A DNA stretch of 64,000 nucleotides from a virus. The notes under the pieces were generated by a model. That model was not told the DNA's origin. It made no database searches and saw only the letters and a program-made list of their open reading frames with translations. Below are positions 28,799 through 38,089 of the stretch, one piece after another; position 1 is the first letter of the stretch, and each line of letters opens with the position of its first letter. A program made the translations under genes and the position numbers. The stretch covers positions 1-64,000 of IMG/VR virus record IMGVR_UViG_3300006735_000001; one strand, given 5' to 3'.

Positions 28799-28830
28799 AC
28801 GTTAGCTATATTACTGCTGTTTATTTTTAA
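28799..28830 (+). promoter_or_regulatory. Recurrent intergenic motif ACGTTAGCTATATTACTGC...TTATTTTTAA
   Basis: Near-identical to 13583-13613 (-). Confidence 0.6.
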
Positions 28831-28892
28831 TAAGGTCCATATATGAGCTATCTTGGATGAGTCAGAACGGATTGAATTGTTATCTTTACTAC

Positions 28893-29159
28893 ATGATAAT
28901 TCAACTTCCCAATGGTCGCATCATAGAATGCTCATTAGAACAGTATCTTTCTCTATCAGATGAAGAATACAAAGAGCTTAATGGCCTTAGCTCTGCTTAT
29001 ACAAAGGAAGTGGGTGACCCATTTTACAATAGATTTTCTAAAACACAAGTGATAGATGAAATAAAAAGCCTCAATATAGAGGAGAACGAACCAGCACTTG
29101 ATGAAATAGATTCTTTTGAAAAATTAGATGACCCGTATTTCCATTCAGATGATGTTTAA
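28893..29159 (+). CDS. Hypothetical acidic protein
   Basis: MIIQLPNGRII start is preferred over 28857. TATCTTTA lies just upstream. Confidence 0.65.
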   Translation: MIIQLPNGRIIECSLEQYLSLSDEEYKELNGLSSAYTKEVGDPFYNRFSKTQVIDEIKSLNIEENEPALDEIDSFEKLDDPYFHSDDV

Positions 29160-29200
29160 TCATCAATAATTATTTATTCACACTTTTAAAACTTAAAAAA

Positions 29201-29782
29201 ATGCAAAACAATAATGTAAACGTTGTGGCTGATGACATGAACAATGTTATCCGTCAATCACAGAACAATTCAGACTATGGTTTCATTAGATTGGAACAAC
29301 AAAGAACAGTATTTACTAATACAGGATGGGTAAAGGCAATGCCTATGTCTACTTTATTACATGGTACTATGGATTCTTTAGCTAGCTTAAACTTAAATGT
29401 TGATAGTGAACTACCAGGTAAAATCATTGTAAGAGAGTCATTAGAGCCATTTAGTAAGAATGATCCTGACAGAGATTTAAAGAAAGCCGGAGATACAGGG
29501 ATTATCTGTGCTGTACAAGGTCAACCTATTTATAGGAAAACATTTTTTGTAGCTGATGTAACAGCTCAAGATGTATTAGTTGCTCATGATAATGGAGATG
29601 CCATTAAAGAAGCTAATGGTACAACTAATAAAACTGTAAAAGCAACAGCAACACCAGCTGAAGCATTTGGATTACAAGATTCAGATGAAATAGAAGCTGA
29701 TAACACTCAAGAAGATGGTACTCCACCATTAGATGAAGTGGAAGAAGTAGTTGAAGAAACTGTTGAAAGTTTTGAACTATAA
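29201..29782 (+). CDS. Protein with an acidic tail (SSB-like candidate), paralog of 25301..25765
   Basis: Beta-rich core plus acidic tail ending ESFEL, followed by a terminator. Confidence 0.6.
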   Translation: MQNNNVNVVADDMNNVIRQSQNNSDYGFIRLEQQRTVFTNTGWVKAMPMSTLLHGTMDSLASLNLNVDSELPGKIIVRESLEPFSKNDPDRDLKKAGDTGIICAVQGQPIYRKTFFVADVTAQDVLVAHDNGDAIKEANGTTNKTVKATATPAEAFGLQDSDEIEADNTQEDGTPPLDEVEEVVEETVESFEL

Positions 29783-29805
29783 AGTTAAATCATGATCAAT
29801 GAATT

Positions 29806-29840
29806 AGGGATGGCTATGTAAAAATAGCTGTCCCTTTTTT
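29806..29840 (+). terminator. Rho-independent terminator
   Basis: AGGGATGGCTAT-GTAAAA-ATAGCTGTCCCT followed by a T-run. Confidence 0.8.
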
Positions 29841-29882
29841 ATTATATACACTCACTTATTACTAATATTAAATCAAACAAGT

Positions 29883-30422
29883 ATGTTATCAAAGAAACAA
29901 ATCCAAAAATTAGAACTCAGCAAAAAACAAGATCAATTAAGTAAGCGTAAAGAACGTTATGAATATCTAGGTATTCTAAATGAATATCAGTTACATCCAC
30001 CTTCTATAATAAATAACTTTGAGTATTGTAAACTAAATCCATATCAACATTTTTTGTTTAAACGTGTACTACATGGTTTAAGAGTTTATAAACCTGAAGA
30101 AGTTAAGAAACTACATTGGGATAAGAAAAGAAGAATTACTAAGGTATGGAAACGTGCTCAGAAAGAACTGAATGCATGGAAACAATATCTTTGTAATAAG
30201 AAAATAAATTTGTATCTTAGGAAGACTTTTAAATGTAGTCCTTTAGCCTTATATATAGCAAGTATACCAGCTGAAGAAACATTAGAAGATTATACTAACA
30301 CAATGACTTTCAAAGAATTAGGTATTACATATGAAGATATTGTACTAAAATTTATGTCATTGGGTTTATTACCTAAGAACTACTTTACTTTAGATCCTAA
30401 TGGCTATCAGAAAAGCATCTAA
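29883..30422 (+). CDS. Hypothetical basic protein
   Basis: 179-aa ORF. Confidence 0.65.
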   Translation: MLSKKQIQKLELSKKQDQLSKRKERYEYLGILNEYQLHPPSIINNFEYCKLNPYQHFLFKRVLHGLRVYKPEEVKKLHWDKKRRITKVWKRAQKELNAWKQYLCNKKINLYLRKTFKCSPLALYIASIPAEETLEDYTNTMTFKELGITYEDIVLKFMSLGLLPKNYFTLDPNGYQKSI

Positions 30423-30669
30423 AAAAATGGCTAAGGCTAACAATATGTACTCAAAACTACGTATTGAATATCTTAGTAATAATGGTATCTGTCATGCAAA
30501 GATACATCGTTGTACTTTGCATGCTACAGATATACATCATAAAAAAGGGCGTGGTGAGTATCATTTAGATACCTCAACATGGTTACCAGTATGCAGAAAT
30601 TGTCATATGTGGATAGAAGAAAATCCTTCTGATGCATATGAATTAGGTTTTTCACAATTAAGAAAATAA
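30400..30669 (+). CDS. HNH-like Zn-binding nuclease
   Basis: C..C...DIHHKKGR...WLPVCRNCH. Confidence 0.75.
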   Translation: MAIRKASKKMAKANNMYSKLRIEYLSNNGICHAKIHRCTLHATDIHHKKGRGEYHLDTSTWLPVCRNCHMWIEENPSDAYELGFSQLRK

Positions 30670-30670
30670 G

Positions 30671-30781
30671 ATGGATAATAATCATAAACATAAGTTATTT
30701 ACATGGAGTATAATAATACTAATAACAGTACTAATATGGTACACAATAATCAAAAACGTACTATGTCTGATAGAGACATAG
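30671..30781 (+). CDS. Micro membrane peptide, not in the ORF track
   Basis: MDNNHKHKLFTWSIIILITVLIWYTIIKNVLCLIET*. Confidence 0.45.
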   Translation: MDNNHKHKLFTWSIIILITVLIWYTIIKNVLCLIET

Positions 30782-31884
30782 TTCAAGCAGATGCATTGTC
30801 TATAGCAGTGCAACATAAAAGATGTGGTCTAGGTATATCAATGGGAGTTGGTAAAACTAGAATTGCAATAAATCATTTACTAAAGAACTTTAATCCATTT
30901 ATAAATGTTTTAGTAGCAGTACCAAAGAAATCTGTTATGAAGTCTTGGTATAATGAATTAGATAAGATGAATAATAATGTTTTAGCAGATGCAAATATAA
31001 CATTAGAAGATCATATTACTTTTACTACATACTTATCACTTAATAAATGTAATCCAAATGATTATGATATTGTTTATTTAGATGAATGTCATAGTTTAAA
31101 ATTATCTCATGAAGCTTTTTTATCAAATTTTAAGGGTAAAATCTTAGGCCTTACAGGTACACCACCAAAGAGAAAAGCATCTGAAAAATGGTTGATGGTA
31201 CAAAAGTATTGTCCTATTAAGTATACTTTTGATATAGATGAAGCAACTGATTCTAATATACTAAATGATTATAAAATTATAGTACATGAATTAGAACTAT
31301 CAAAACTACCAACATTAAAGAAAAAAAATAAAGCTGGTGGCTTTTGGTATACATCAGAAGAGAAAGATTATAACTATGTTTTATCTAGAGTAGCAGCAGC
31401 CTCAACACCAAAGCAACAACAGTTTGCATATATAATGAGAATGCGTGCTCTTATGGATTATACAAGTAAAGAAAGCTATGTCAAAAGTATATTAAAAAAT
31501 GTCAATGCTAAATGTATTGTATTTGCCAACACTCAAAAGCAATCAGATAGAATATGTAAGCATAGTTATCATTCTGGTAATCCTAAATCAGAAGAGAACT
31601 TAGAATTGTTCTCTGATGGTAGAATTGATCAGTTATCTTGCGTGTTACAATTATCAGAAGGTGTTACAATTCCTAAGCTTAAAGCAGGAATTATTATGCA
31701 TGCTTATGGTAATGAACGTAAAACAGCACAAAGAATAGGTAGATTATTAAGATTAAATCCTAATGAGACAGCTACCTGTCACATTTTGTGTTACAAAGGT
31801 ACACAAGATGAAAGATGGGTTGAACAGGCCTTAGATACATTTGATAATAATAAAATTAAATACTATAATCCACTAAAAAAATGA
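30763..31884 (+). CDS. Superfamily II helicase (UvsW/ResIII-like)
   Basis: MGVGKT, DECH, LTGTP, EGV and QRIGRLLR motifs. Start 30763 is preferred over 30703. Confidence 0.9.
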   Translation: MSDRDIVQADALSIAVQHKRCGLGISMGVGKTRIAINHLLKNFNPFINVLVAVPKKSVMKSWYNELDKMNNNVLADANITLEDHITFTTYLSLNKCNPNDYDIVYLDECHSLKLSHEAFLSNFKGKILGLTGTPPKRKASEKWLMVQKYCPIKYTFDIDEATDSNILNDYKIIVHELELSKLPTLKKKNKAGGFWYTSEEKDYNYVLSRVAAASTPKQQQFAYIMRMRALMDYTSKESYVKSILKNVNAKCIVFANTQKQSDRICKHSYHSGNPKSEENLELFSDGRIDQLSCVLQLSEGVTIPKLKAGIIMHAYGNERKTAQRIGRLLRLNPNETATCHILCYKGTQDERWVEQALDTFDNNKIKYYNPLKK

Positions 31885-31955
31885 AAATAATTCCAATGAT
31901 GTTTCTGTTAGCTTTATTAATGCTAACAATAAGCATAATAAACAAAAAAGAATAA
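31881..31955 (+). CDS. Micro membrane peptide, not in the ORF track
   Basis: MKIIPMMFLLALLMLTISIINKKE*. ATGA overlap with the helicase stop. Confidence 0.45.
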   Translation: MKIIPMMFLLALLMLTISIINKKE

Positions 31956-31957
31956 TT

Positions 31958-32209
31958 ATGGGTAGAATGAAAGAACTATTTATGGAACAACAGCAAAACT
32001 CTGAATATCGTGGAGCACATGATGCTATGATACACGGTCTTGCTAGAACATCAGTTGAAGAATTTATTCCTGATATTGAACATGTTTGTCCTAATTGCTA
32101 TGGTAAAAATAAATTACATAGTATGATTAGGAGTGAAACAGAAGCTGAATGTTTAGACTGCGGTCAAGAATTTATAATTATAGAAAAAAATACACTTAGA
32201 TTTAAATAA
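31958..32209 (+). CDS. Zinc-ribbon protein
   Basis: CPNC...CLDCG. Confidence 0.7.
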   Translation: MGRMKELFMEQQQNSEYRGAHDAMIHGLARTSVEEFIPDIEHVCPNCYGKNKLHSMIRSETEAECLDCGQEFIIIEKNTLRFK

Positions 32210-32349
32210 TGACAATAAAAGAAATGAGAAATCAAATGATAGGTGTTGCACTTAAAAGATCTAAAACTAAATTAGAAGCTGCAGAACTATTAGGAATAAC
32301 AGAAAAAACATTATATAACTATTTAAAAGAAATAAAAAATGGGAAGTAA
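32209..32349 (+). CDS. Stand-alone Fis-type HTH protein, not in the ORF track
   Basis: MTIKEMRNQMIGVALKRSKTKLEAAELLGITEKTLYNYLKEIKNGK*. AAELLGI..TLY is the HTH_8 signature. Confidence 0.75.
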   Translation: MTIKEMRNQMIGVALKRSKTKLEAAELLGITEKTLYNYLKEIKNGK

Positions 32350-32602
32350 AAAAAACGTAGTACCAATGAGTGTATTTGGTCATAAGATAGAAGTAGAATA
32401 TTACTATTATCCTGGAGAAGATGAAGTACATACAGAACCTAATGGAGATCCAGGAACTCCTGGTTCACCTCCATCAGCAGAGATTTGGAGAATGTGGTGT
32501 GAATTAGAAAATGATGAAGGTAGCACCAGTATAGTAGATATTTCAGATTTTGGATATCGTGATATGATAGCTGAAGAAATAATAGAAAAGTTCCATGATT
32601 AA
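32339..32602 (+). CDS. Hypothetical acidic protein
   Basis: 87 aa, NGDPGTPG motif. Confidence 0.65.
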   Translation: MGSKKNVVPMSVFGHKIEVEYYYYPGEDEVHTEPNGDPGTPGSPPSAEIWRMWCELENDEGSTSIVDISDFGYRDMIAEEIIEKFHD

Positions 32603-32780
32603 TAGTGGTATAGAATGGGCATGGATGGATGACAATTCTTCTGACACAAAGGTAATAAATGGAAAAACATATAAATTAATAAATAAAGAATGGGTACGCC
32701 AAAGACCTCATGGCATAGATGAGGTTGATCCACATGATCCAGATTATAGCTGGTTATGGGATGTAGATAGATCAAGATAA
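32595..32780 (+). CDS. Hypothetical protein
   Basis: 61 aa, overlaps the upstream stop. Confidence 0.55.
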   Translation: MINSGIEWAWMDDNSSDTKVINGKTYKLINKEWVRQRPHGIDEVDPHDPDYSWLWDVDRSR

Positions 32781-32781
32781 T

Positions 32782-32952
32782 ATGAAACACTGGTATAACG
32801 AAGGTAAAGAGTATTTAAGAAAAAAAGAAAACAAACATCCTTACTATGATAGTGATAGGAAAAAACATACTGAAGAATTTTCTTTAAGGGTAACTGCATT
32901 TTGTATTGTTGGTATGATAATAATATTAATTTTAGCAAAAATATTTCAATAA
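32782..32952 (+). CDS. Small protein with a C-terminal TM helix, not in the ORF track
   Basis: MKHWYNEGKEY...VTAFCIVGMIIILILAKIFQ*. Fills the gap between plus-strand genes. Confidence 0.55.
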   Translation: MKHWYNEGKEYLRKKENKHPYYDSDRKKHTEEFSLRVTAFCIVGMIIILILAKIFQ

Positions 32953-32956
32953 TCAT

Positions 32957-33340
32957 ATGAGAAATCAATTATTTGTACAAGCAACAATCAAGGAAGGTAA
33001 ATTACACTTTCCTGTAAAAGCTTTTGAGACTAAGTATAACAAGTTTATTTCTGAGCAACCTGATGGTGCACGTATAGAATTATTTATAGGTGTGCAAGAT
33101 GGTAAGGGTAGTAACCCACAATTGGCAAGAGTTCATGCTATGATAAGAGAGATAGCTAATGAAGTAGGTCACACCTTTGAAGAGATGAAGTTACAAGTTA
33201 AGCGTAAAGCTGGCCTATGTTTTAATAAGAACGGGGTAGAATTCTGTAAGTCTTTTGGTAAGTGTGATAAAGAAGAATTAAACCTGGCTATTCAAGCTTG
33301 TCTTGAGATAGGAGACTTTAGTGGAATGCAATTAAGATAA
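32957..33340 (+). CDS. NinB/YbcN-like recombination protein
   Basis: SNPQLARVHAMIREIANEVGHTFEEMK...KSFGKCDKEEL. Confidence 0.6.
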   Translation: MRNQLFVQATIKEGKLHFPVKAFETKYNKFISEQPDGARIELFIGVQDGKGSNPQLARVHAMIREIANEVGHTFEEMKLQVKRKAGLCFNKNGVEFCKSFGKCDKEELNLAIQACLEIGDFSGMQLR

Positions 33341-33784
33341 TTACTTAACAATTTTTAGTTTAGAACTCATCTCTTTTAATTTTTCAGTAACATCATTACC
33401 TTCAAAAGCTTCTTTAGCAAGCTGCTGGAACTCTGCTTTTGTTGTGGATGTTTCAGTTTGAATTTCTAAACCTTGCTCTTTTGCTTTAAATTTTAAGTAT
33501 TGTAATAAAGAATATAATGTATAAAGTTGAGACTCCCATTTATCTAATTCAGGTAAAGATTGTAGTTCTTCATCAGTTACACCTTCTTTATTTGCAGTTT
33601 TAACAATAGTATCAAATTTTTTGAATACTTCACCTATTGTTTCTACTTTATCTTCTGCCATTATTTTTTCACTAATAATAGTTTGTAGACCAGGAATATA
33701 TAATGATGATAATGTTATACCAGTTATTTCTTTTTTAAAGTCATAAGTGGTATATGTTTGCATTCTTTCTTTTTGATCAGCCAT
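33341..33784 (-). CDS. Hypothetical protein (isolated minus-strand gene)
   Basis: 147 aa, abuts the upstream stop and has TATATTTA upstream. Confidence 0.7.
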   Translation of the reverse strand: MADQKERMQTYTTYDFKKEITGITLSSLYIPGLQTIISEKIMAEDKVETIGEVFKKFDTIVKTANKEGVTDEELQSLPELDKWESQLYTLYSLLQYLKFKAKEQGLEIQTETSTTKAEFQQLAKEAFEGNDVTEKLKEMSSKLKIVK

Positions 33785-33820
33785 AGTATTTAATTTAAAA
33801 GGTAAATATAATAATAAATT

Positions 33821-34504
33821 ATGAATAATATAGATATAAATATAGTAAAATTAAGGGAAACTTTAAATGATAAACTGGTTGATTCTGGTTGGGAGCCTTT
33901 ATTGTCTCCATATGTAAATGGTTTAAACTTTGATTATGTAGTAAATGAATTAGTAAAGCAAGTAGCAGAAGGCAGAAGGTTTACACCTAAGTTTAAGAAT
34001 ATTTTTAATGCATTCTATGAATGTCCACGTGAAGATTTAAAAGTAGTTATAGTAGGTCAAGATCCATATCCACAGTTAGGAGTTGCTGATGGTATAGCAT
34101 TTAGTTGTAGTATTAAAGGTAAAGCAGAAAAATCCCTGCAGTATATAAATAAATCATTAGGTACAAATCACACAGATTTAAGATGTTGGTCTAATCAAGG
34201 TGTATTACTTATTAATACTGCATTGACTGTTGAAGTAAATAAGATTGGTTCTCACTATCATTTGTGGAAATCCTTTATAGAATATTTCTTTGAGGGTTTA
34301 AACCGGTGTTGTCCAGATACAATATTTATTATGATGGGTAAGAAAGCTGAAGAATGGCAAACTCTTATACCTAATTGTACAATTCTTAAATGTCCTCACC
34401 CAGCATCAGCTGCATATAGAGGTGGAGAATGGGACTCTAAAGATGTATTCAATAAAGCTAATTTAATTCTTGAAAAGCTAGGAAAAGATAGTATAACTTG
34501 GTAA
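33821..34504 (+). CDS. ung: Uracil-DNA glycosylase, family 1
   Basis: VVIVGQDPY, ADGIAFS, QGVLLINTALTV, H..LW and HP motifs. Confidence 0.93.
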   Translation: MNNIDINIVKLRETLNDKLVDSGWEPLLSPYVNGLNFDYVVNELVKQVAEGRRFTPKFKNIFNAFYECPREDLKVVIVGQDPYPQLGVADGIAFSCSIKGKAEKSLQYINKSLGTNHTDLRCWSNQGVLLINTALTVEVNKIGSHYHLWKSFIEYFFEGLNRCCPDTIFIMMGKKAEEWQTLIPNCTILKCPHPASAAYRGGEWDSKDVFNKANLILEKLGKDSITW

Positions 34505-34541
34505 CATTTTGTATCTTTATAAACTTTAAAACCAATAAGAT

Positions 34542-35132
34542 ATGTGGGAACTATTTCAAAAAATGTTGAAGAATAACCTTACACCCAATCAGGTAATAAC
34601 TTTGTTTGGGATGAGAGAGGGAGTATCTTTACCTATTACAACAGATGATGATAAAAAAGCATTAGTTGATAATAATTATATAGAACATACTGATGGTGTA
34701 TACAAGTTAACAAGACATGGTAAGCTTATCATTATAAATCTAGATAACTATTTTATAAAAGCTAAGAAGAAAACAGATATCCAGCTTATGGGTAAGAACT
34801 TTTTAGATAAGATTAATCAGTATAGAGAGATCTTTCCTGCTAAAAAATTACCAAGCGGTAAACTTGCTAGAAATAATGTAAAAGCTCTAGCAGACGCTTT
34901 TAGATGGTTTTTTGAGACTTATGACCATAAGTGGGAAGATGTAGTCAAAGCTACTAAAATGTACGTAAATGAGTACAGGAACTCTGATTATATGTATATG
35001 CAGACTAGTCAATACTTTATTTGCAAACAAGATAAACATAGAGTTAAACACTCTACACTAGCGGATTATTGTGATATGATACTAGAAGGTATTAATACAG
35101 AAGATGAACACTTTAAAGAAAACGTTGTATGA
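34542..35132 (+). CDS. Putative replication initiator/helicase partner
   Basis: N-terminal wHTH-like region, FPAKK motif, ATGA-coupled to dnaB. Confidence 0.45.
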   Translation: MWELFQKMLKNNLTPNQVITLFGMREGVSLPITTDDDKKALVDNNYIEHTDGVYKLTRHGKLIIINLDNYFIKAKKKTDIQLMGKNFLDKINQYREIFPAKKLPSGKLARNNVKALADAFRWFFETYDHKWEDVVKATKMYVNEYRNSDYMYMQTSQYFICKQDKHRVKHSTLADYCDMILEGINTEDEHFKENVV

Positions 35133-36085
35133 GTAAAACCAAAGATGCATGGCTTGGCCAGTACACAGCTTTTAATGAAGCACTTAAATACATGTACAAA
35201 AGATCTACCGGTGAGGAAAAATCTATATATACACCTTGGCCAAAGTTTAATGATGCAACTACAGATGGTTTAGAATGGAATACACTGACTGTAATTGGTG
35301 GTAGACCTGGCTCAGGTAAAACACTAATTAAAGACCAAATAATTAGAGAATCATTTACATTAAATCCTAATGATAAGTTTAGAGTATTAGAATTTCAGTT
35401 TGAGATGGTTGGTAGAACATCAGCTATTAGAGAATTTAGTTCTATTACAGGTAAAACTTATAAGGAATTGTGTAGTGCTGGTAGTGTATTGACCAAAGAC
35501 ACATTAAATACTTGTCATCAGTACGCTAAGGAAAGAGTAAAATACCCTGTTGATATTATCAGCACACCTATGACTGTCAATCAAATGCGTGAACAAATTG
35601 ATAGGTATATGAATCATCATAAGGGTACAAATACTATAGTAACATTAGATCATAGTATGTTAGTGAAGAGAGCACCATATCAAAATAGTACATTAGATAT
35701 GTTATTTGAGTTAGGTGAGTTCTTTACACAATGCAAACGAGATTATCCTTGTTTGTTTATTTGTTTATCACAACTTAACCGTAATATAGATAACCCAGAG
35801 CGGGCTATAGATGGTAAGTATGGTAATTATATTCTTGAGTCAGATATATTTGGATCAGATGCTATGTTACAGCATGCAGATACTTTAATAGGTATCAATA
35901 GGCCAGCTAAACAAAAGATTAGATTCTATGGGCCTGATAGATATATTATAGAAAATGATAGAACTTTAGTATTACATTTTCTAAAAGCTAGAAATGGTGA
36001 TGCACGCATGAGTTTCTTTAAAGCTAAGTTTGAACAAATGCAAATAGAAGAAATGGCAACACCAGGACAACAAGAACGTAGATGA
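35129..36085 (+). CDS. dnaB: DnaB-like replicative helicase (ATPase domain only)
   Basis: GGRPGSGKT, FEM, LDH, LSQLNR, SDAMLQHAD, KARNG. Confidence 0.9.
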   Translation: MSKTKDAWLGQYTAFNEALKYMYKRSTGEEKSIYTPWPKFNDATTDGLEWNTLTVIGGRPGSGKTLIKDQIIRESFTLNPNDKFRVLEFQFEMVGRTSAIREFSSITGKTYKELCSAGSVLTKDTLNTCHQYAKERVKYPVDIISTPMTVNQMREQIDRYMNHHKGTNTIVTLDHSMLVKRAPYQNSTLDMLFELGEFFTQCKRDYPCLFICLSQLNRNIDNPERAIDGKYGNYILESDIFGSDAMLQHADTLIGINRPAKQKIRFYGPDRYIIENDRTLVLHFLKARNGDARMSFFKAKFEQMQIEEMATPGQQERR

Positions 36086-36627
36086 TAAGTACAAAAAATA
36101 TAAATAATGAAAATATGGGTATAACACCTGCAGAAAGAAAAATCAAAGTAAATAAATTAAAAGAAGAGCATGAAGATTATTTCCAAACTATTGGTAATAT
36201 AAATGCACTATATATTCCTAAGATGGCTTACAGGCCAGCTGGTAAGGATGAATTATATATTAGCTTTTTTCCAAGTGAGTTAGAGAAAGAACAAGATATA
36301 TTTACAGAATTTGTATCTATAGAATATGATTCAGAAGATCCCAAAAGAACATTATATCTTTTAAGACACAATCCACATTGGAAAGATGAATATGAATTGA
36401 TAACTAGCAGTTCTGGTTTTCAAAGACATATGATTCCTGTAAGTGAATTAAAAGTAATTAATGATGTTACAAATAGAACTGGGAAAAAAGTTATAGATAA
36501 AAGTTTAGAATTTTTTAATATTGCTGACCCAGAAGCTACACCATCTTCAGAGTTAGTTAATAAACTAGAAGATATTAATCAAACACTAATAACATTAACT
36601 AAAGTAATCAATAAATTAATTAAATAA
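36082..36627 (+). CDS. Hypothetical protein
   Basis: 181 aa in the replication operon. Confidence 0.7.
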   Translation: MISTKNINNENMGITPAERKIKVNKLKEEHEDYFQTIGNINALYIPKMAYRPAGKDELYISFFPSELEKEQDIFTEFVSIEYDSEDPKRTLYLLRHNPHWKDEYELITSSSGFQRHMIPVSELKVINDVTNRTGKKVIDKSLEFFNIADPEATPSSELVNKLEDINQTLITLTKVINKLIK

Positions 36628-36629
36628 AC

Positions 36630-37313
36630 ATGGCACAAAGCGTATTAGTAATTGCTGATTCAGGTACAGGAAAGTCAACCTCAATCAGAACATTAAATCC
36701 TAAAGAGACTTTTATTATAAATATTGCAAATAAACCATTACCTTTCAAAGGGTATAAAAAGGATTATATACAAATAAGTAAAGAAAATCCTAATGGTAAT
36801 ATCACATCTGCATCTACAGCTGTAGGAATTATAAAAGCTATGAAGCATGTGAATGATAAGATGCCAAAAATCAAAACACTTGTTGTAGATGATTGGCAAT
36901 ATATGAGTTCTTTTGAATACTTTGATAGAGCTAATGAAAAAGGCTATGATAAGTTTACTCAGATTGCAGCTAACTTAGCTATGGTAGCTAAAATGCCTAA
37001 AGATATGAGAGATGACCTTACTATAATATTTCTAACACATTCAGAAGATTCTACTGATATAAATGGAAATAGAAAAGTTAAAGCTAAAACAATTGGTAAA
37101 ATGATTGATAATGCTTTAACATTAGAGGGTCTATTCTCTATTGTTTTATTTGGTAAAGTAAATAAAAATGATGATGGTGAACTTGAATATGGTTTTGAAA
37201 CTCAAAACAATGGAGAGAACACATGTAAATCACCAATGGGTATGTTTGAAGATAATTTTATCTCCAATGACCTAGCGTATGTAAAAGAATGCATACAGAA
37301 ATATGAAGAATAA
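36630..37313 (+). CDS. AAA_24/Sak4-like ATPase
   Basis: DSGTGKST, VVDDWQY, LTHSE, KTIGKMID, CKSPMGMF. Confidence 0.85.
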   Translation: MAQSVLVIADSGTGKSTSIRTLNPKETFIINIANKPLPFKGYKKDYIQISKENPNGNITSASTAVGIIKAMKHVNDKMPKIKTLVVDDWQYMSSFEYFDRANEKGYDKFTQIAANLAMVAKMPKDMRDDLTIIFLTHSEDSTDINGNRKVKAKTIGKMIDNALTLEGLFSIVLFGKVNKNDDGELEYGFETQNNGENTCKSPMGMFEDNFISNDLAYVKECIQKYEE

Positions 37314-37340
37314 TAATAAATTAATTAAAAAAAGAAAATT

Positions 37341-38015
37341 ATGTTAAGTACTAAAGACATGTCTGCAGGGTCAGGCAACATTAAACCAGTAGTAGGACCA
37401 GGCAACAATGTAATCAGAATTAATTCTGTATCATTTGATGTAACTCCGTATGATGCGGATGCATATAATATTGTATTGCATGTAGAAACGGAACCTGTTG
37501 CAGGAGAATTCAATGGCTTCCTAAAGGATATGAATAATCCTAATGGACCACGTTATGAAGGTCAGGTAGGTAGAGTTAGATTCTCACCATATCCATATAA
37601 AGATGCAACTTTACCAAGCGGGAGAGAGATAAGTAGAGATACTGAAGTTCTCAAGAGTATGGTATATCTTAGTGAAGTTTTAAATAAAAGAGCTGAGCTA
37701 GATAAGATAGAGGCCAATACTATTGAAGCATTTATGGTAGAGTGTAATAAACTATTTTCTAATAGCCCTTTCTTTAATGCATGTTTAGGTGCACGTGAAT
37801 GGGAAAATAAGGAAGGTTATATTAATAATGATTTATTCTTACCAAGAATGAGTAAAGATGGTATTCCATTAGAAGAATTAAATAAAGAAGGGTCAAGACT
37901 TCTAACATTTGATCCTAATAATAATCAACATCTTAGAAAAATAGAGAAGAAAGCAAGCGCTCAAGCAGCTAGCTTTGAACCTGCTAATGCTGCAGGAGAT
38001 GATTTTGATTTATAG
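37341..38015 (+). CDS. Putative single-stranded DNA-binding protein
   Basis: Follows the Sak4-like gene. Beta-rich with an acidic tail ending GDDFDL. Confidence 0.65.
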   Translation: MLSTKDMSAGSGNIKPVVGPGNNVIRINSVSFDVTPYDADAYNIVLHVETEPVAGEFNGFLKDMNNPNGPRYEGQVGRVRFSPYPYKDATLPSGREISRDTEVLKSMVYLSEVLNKRAELDKIEANTIEAFMVECNKLFSNSPFFNACLGAREWENKEGYINNDLFLPRMSKDGIPLEELNKEGSRLLTFDPNNNQHLRKIEKKASAQAASFEPANAAGDDFDL

Positions 38016-38032
38016 TTGAATCAAGTAATGAT

Positions 38033-38065
38033 AGGGGTAGACGTTGTGGTTGACTACTACCCCTT
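38033..38065 (+). terminator. Hairpin/possible terminator
   Basis: AGGGGTAG...CTACCCCT stem with a weak T tail. Confidence 0.5.
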
Positions 38066-38089
38066 GATTTATATTAATAATGGAATAAG

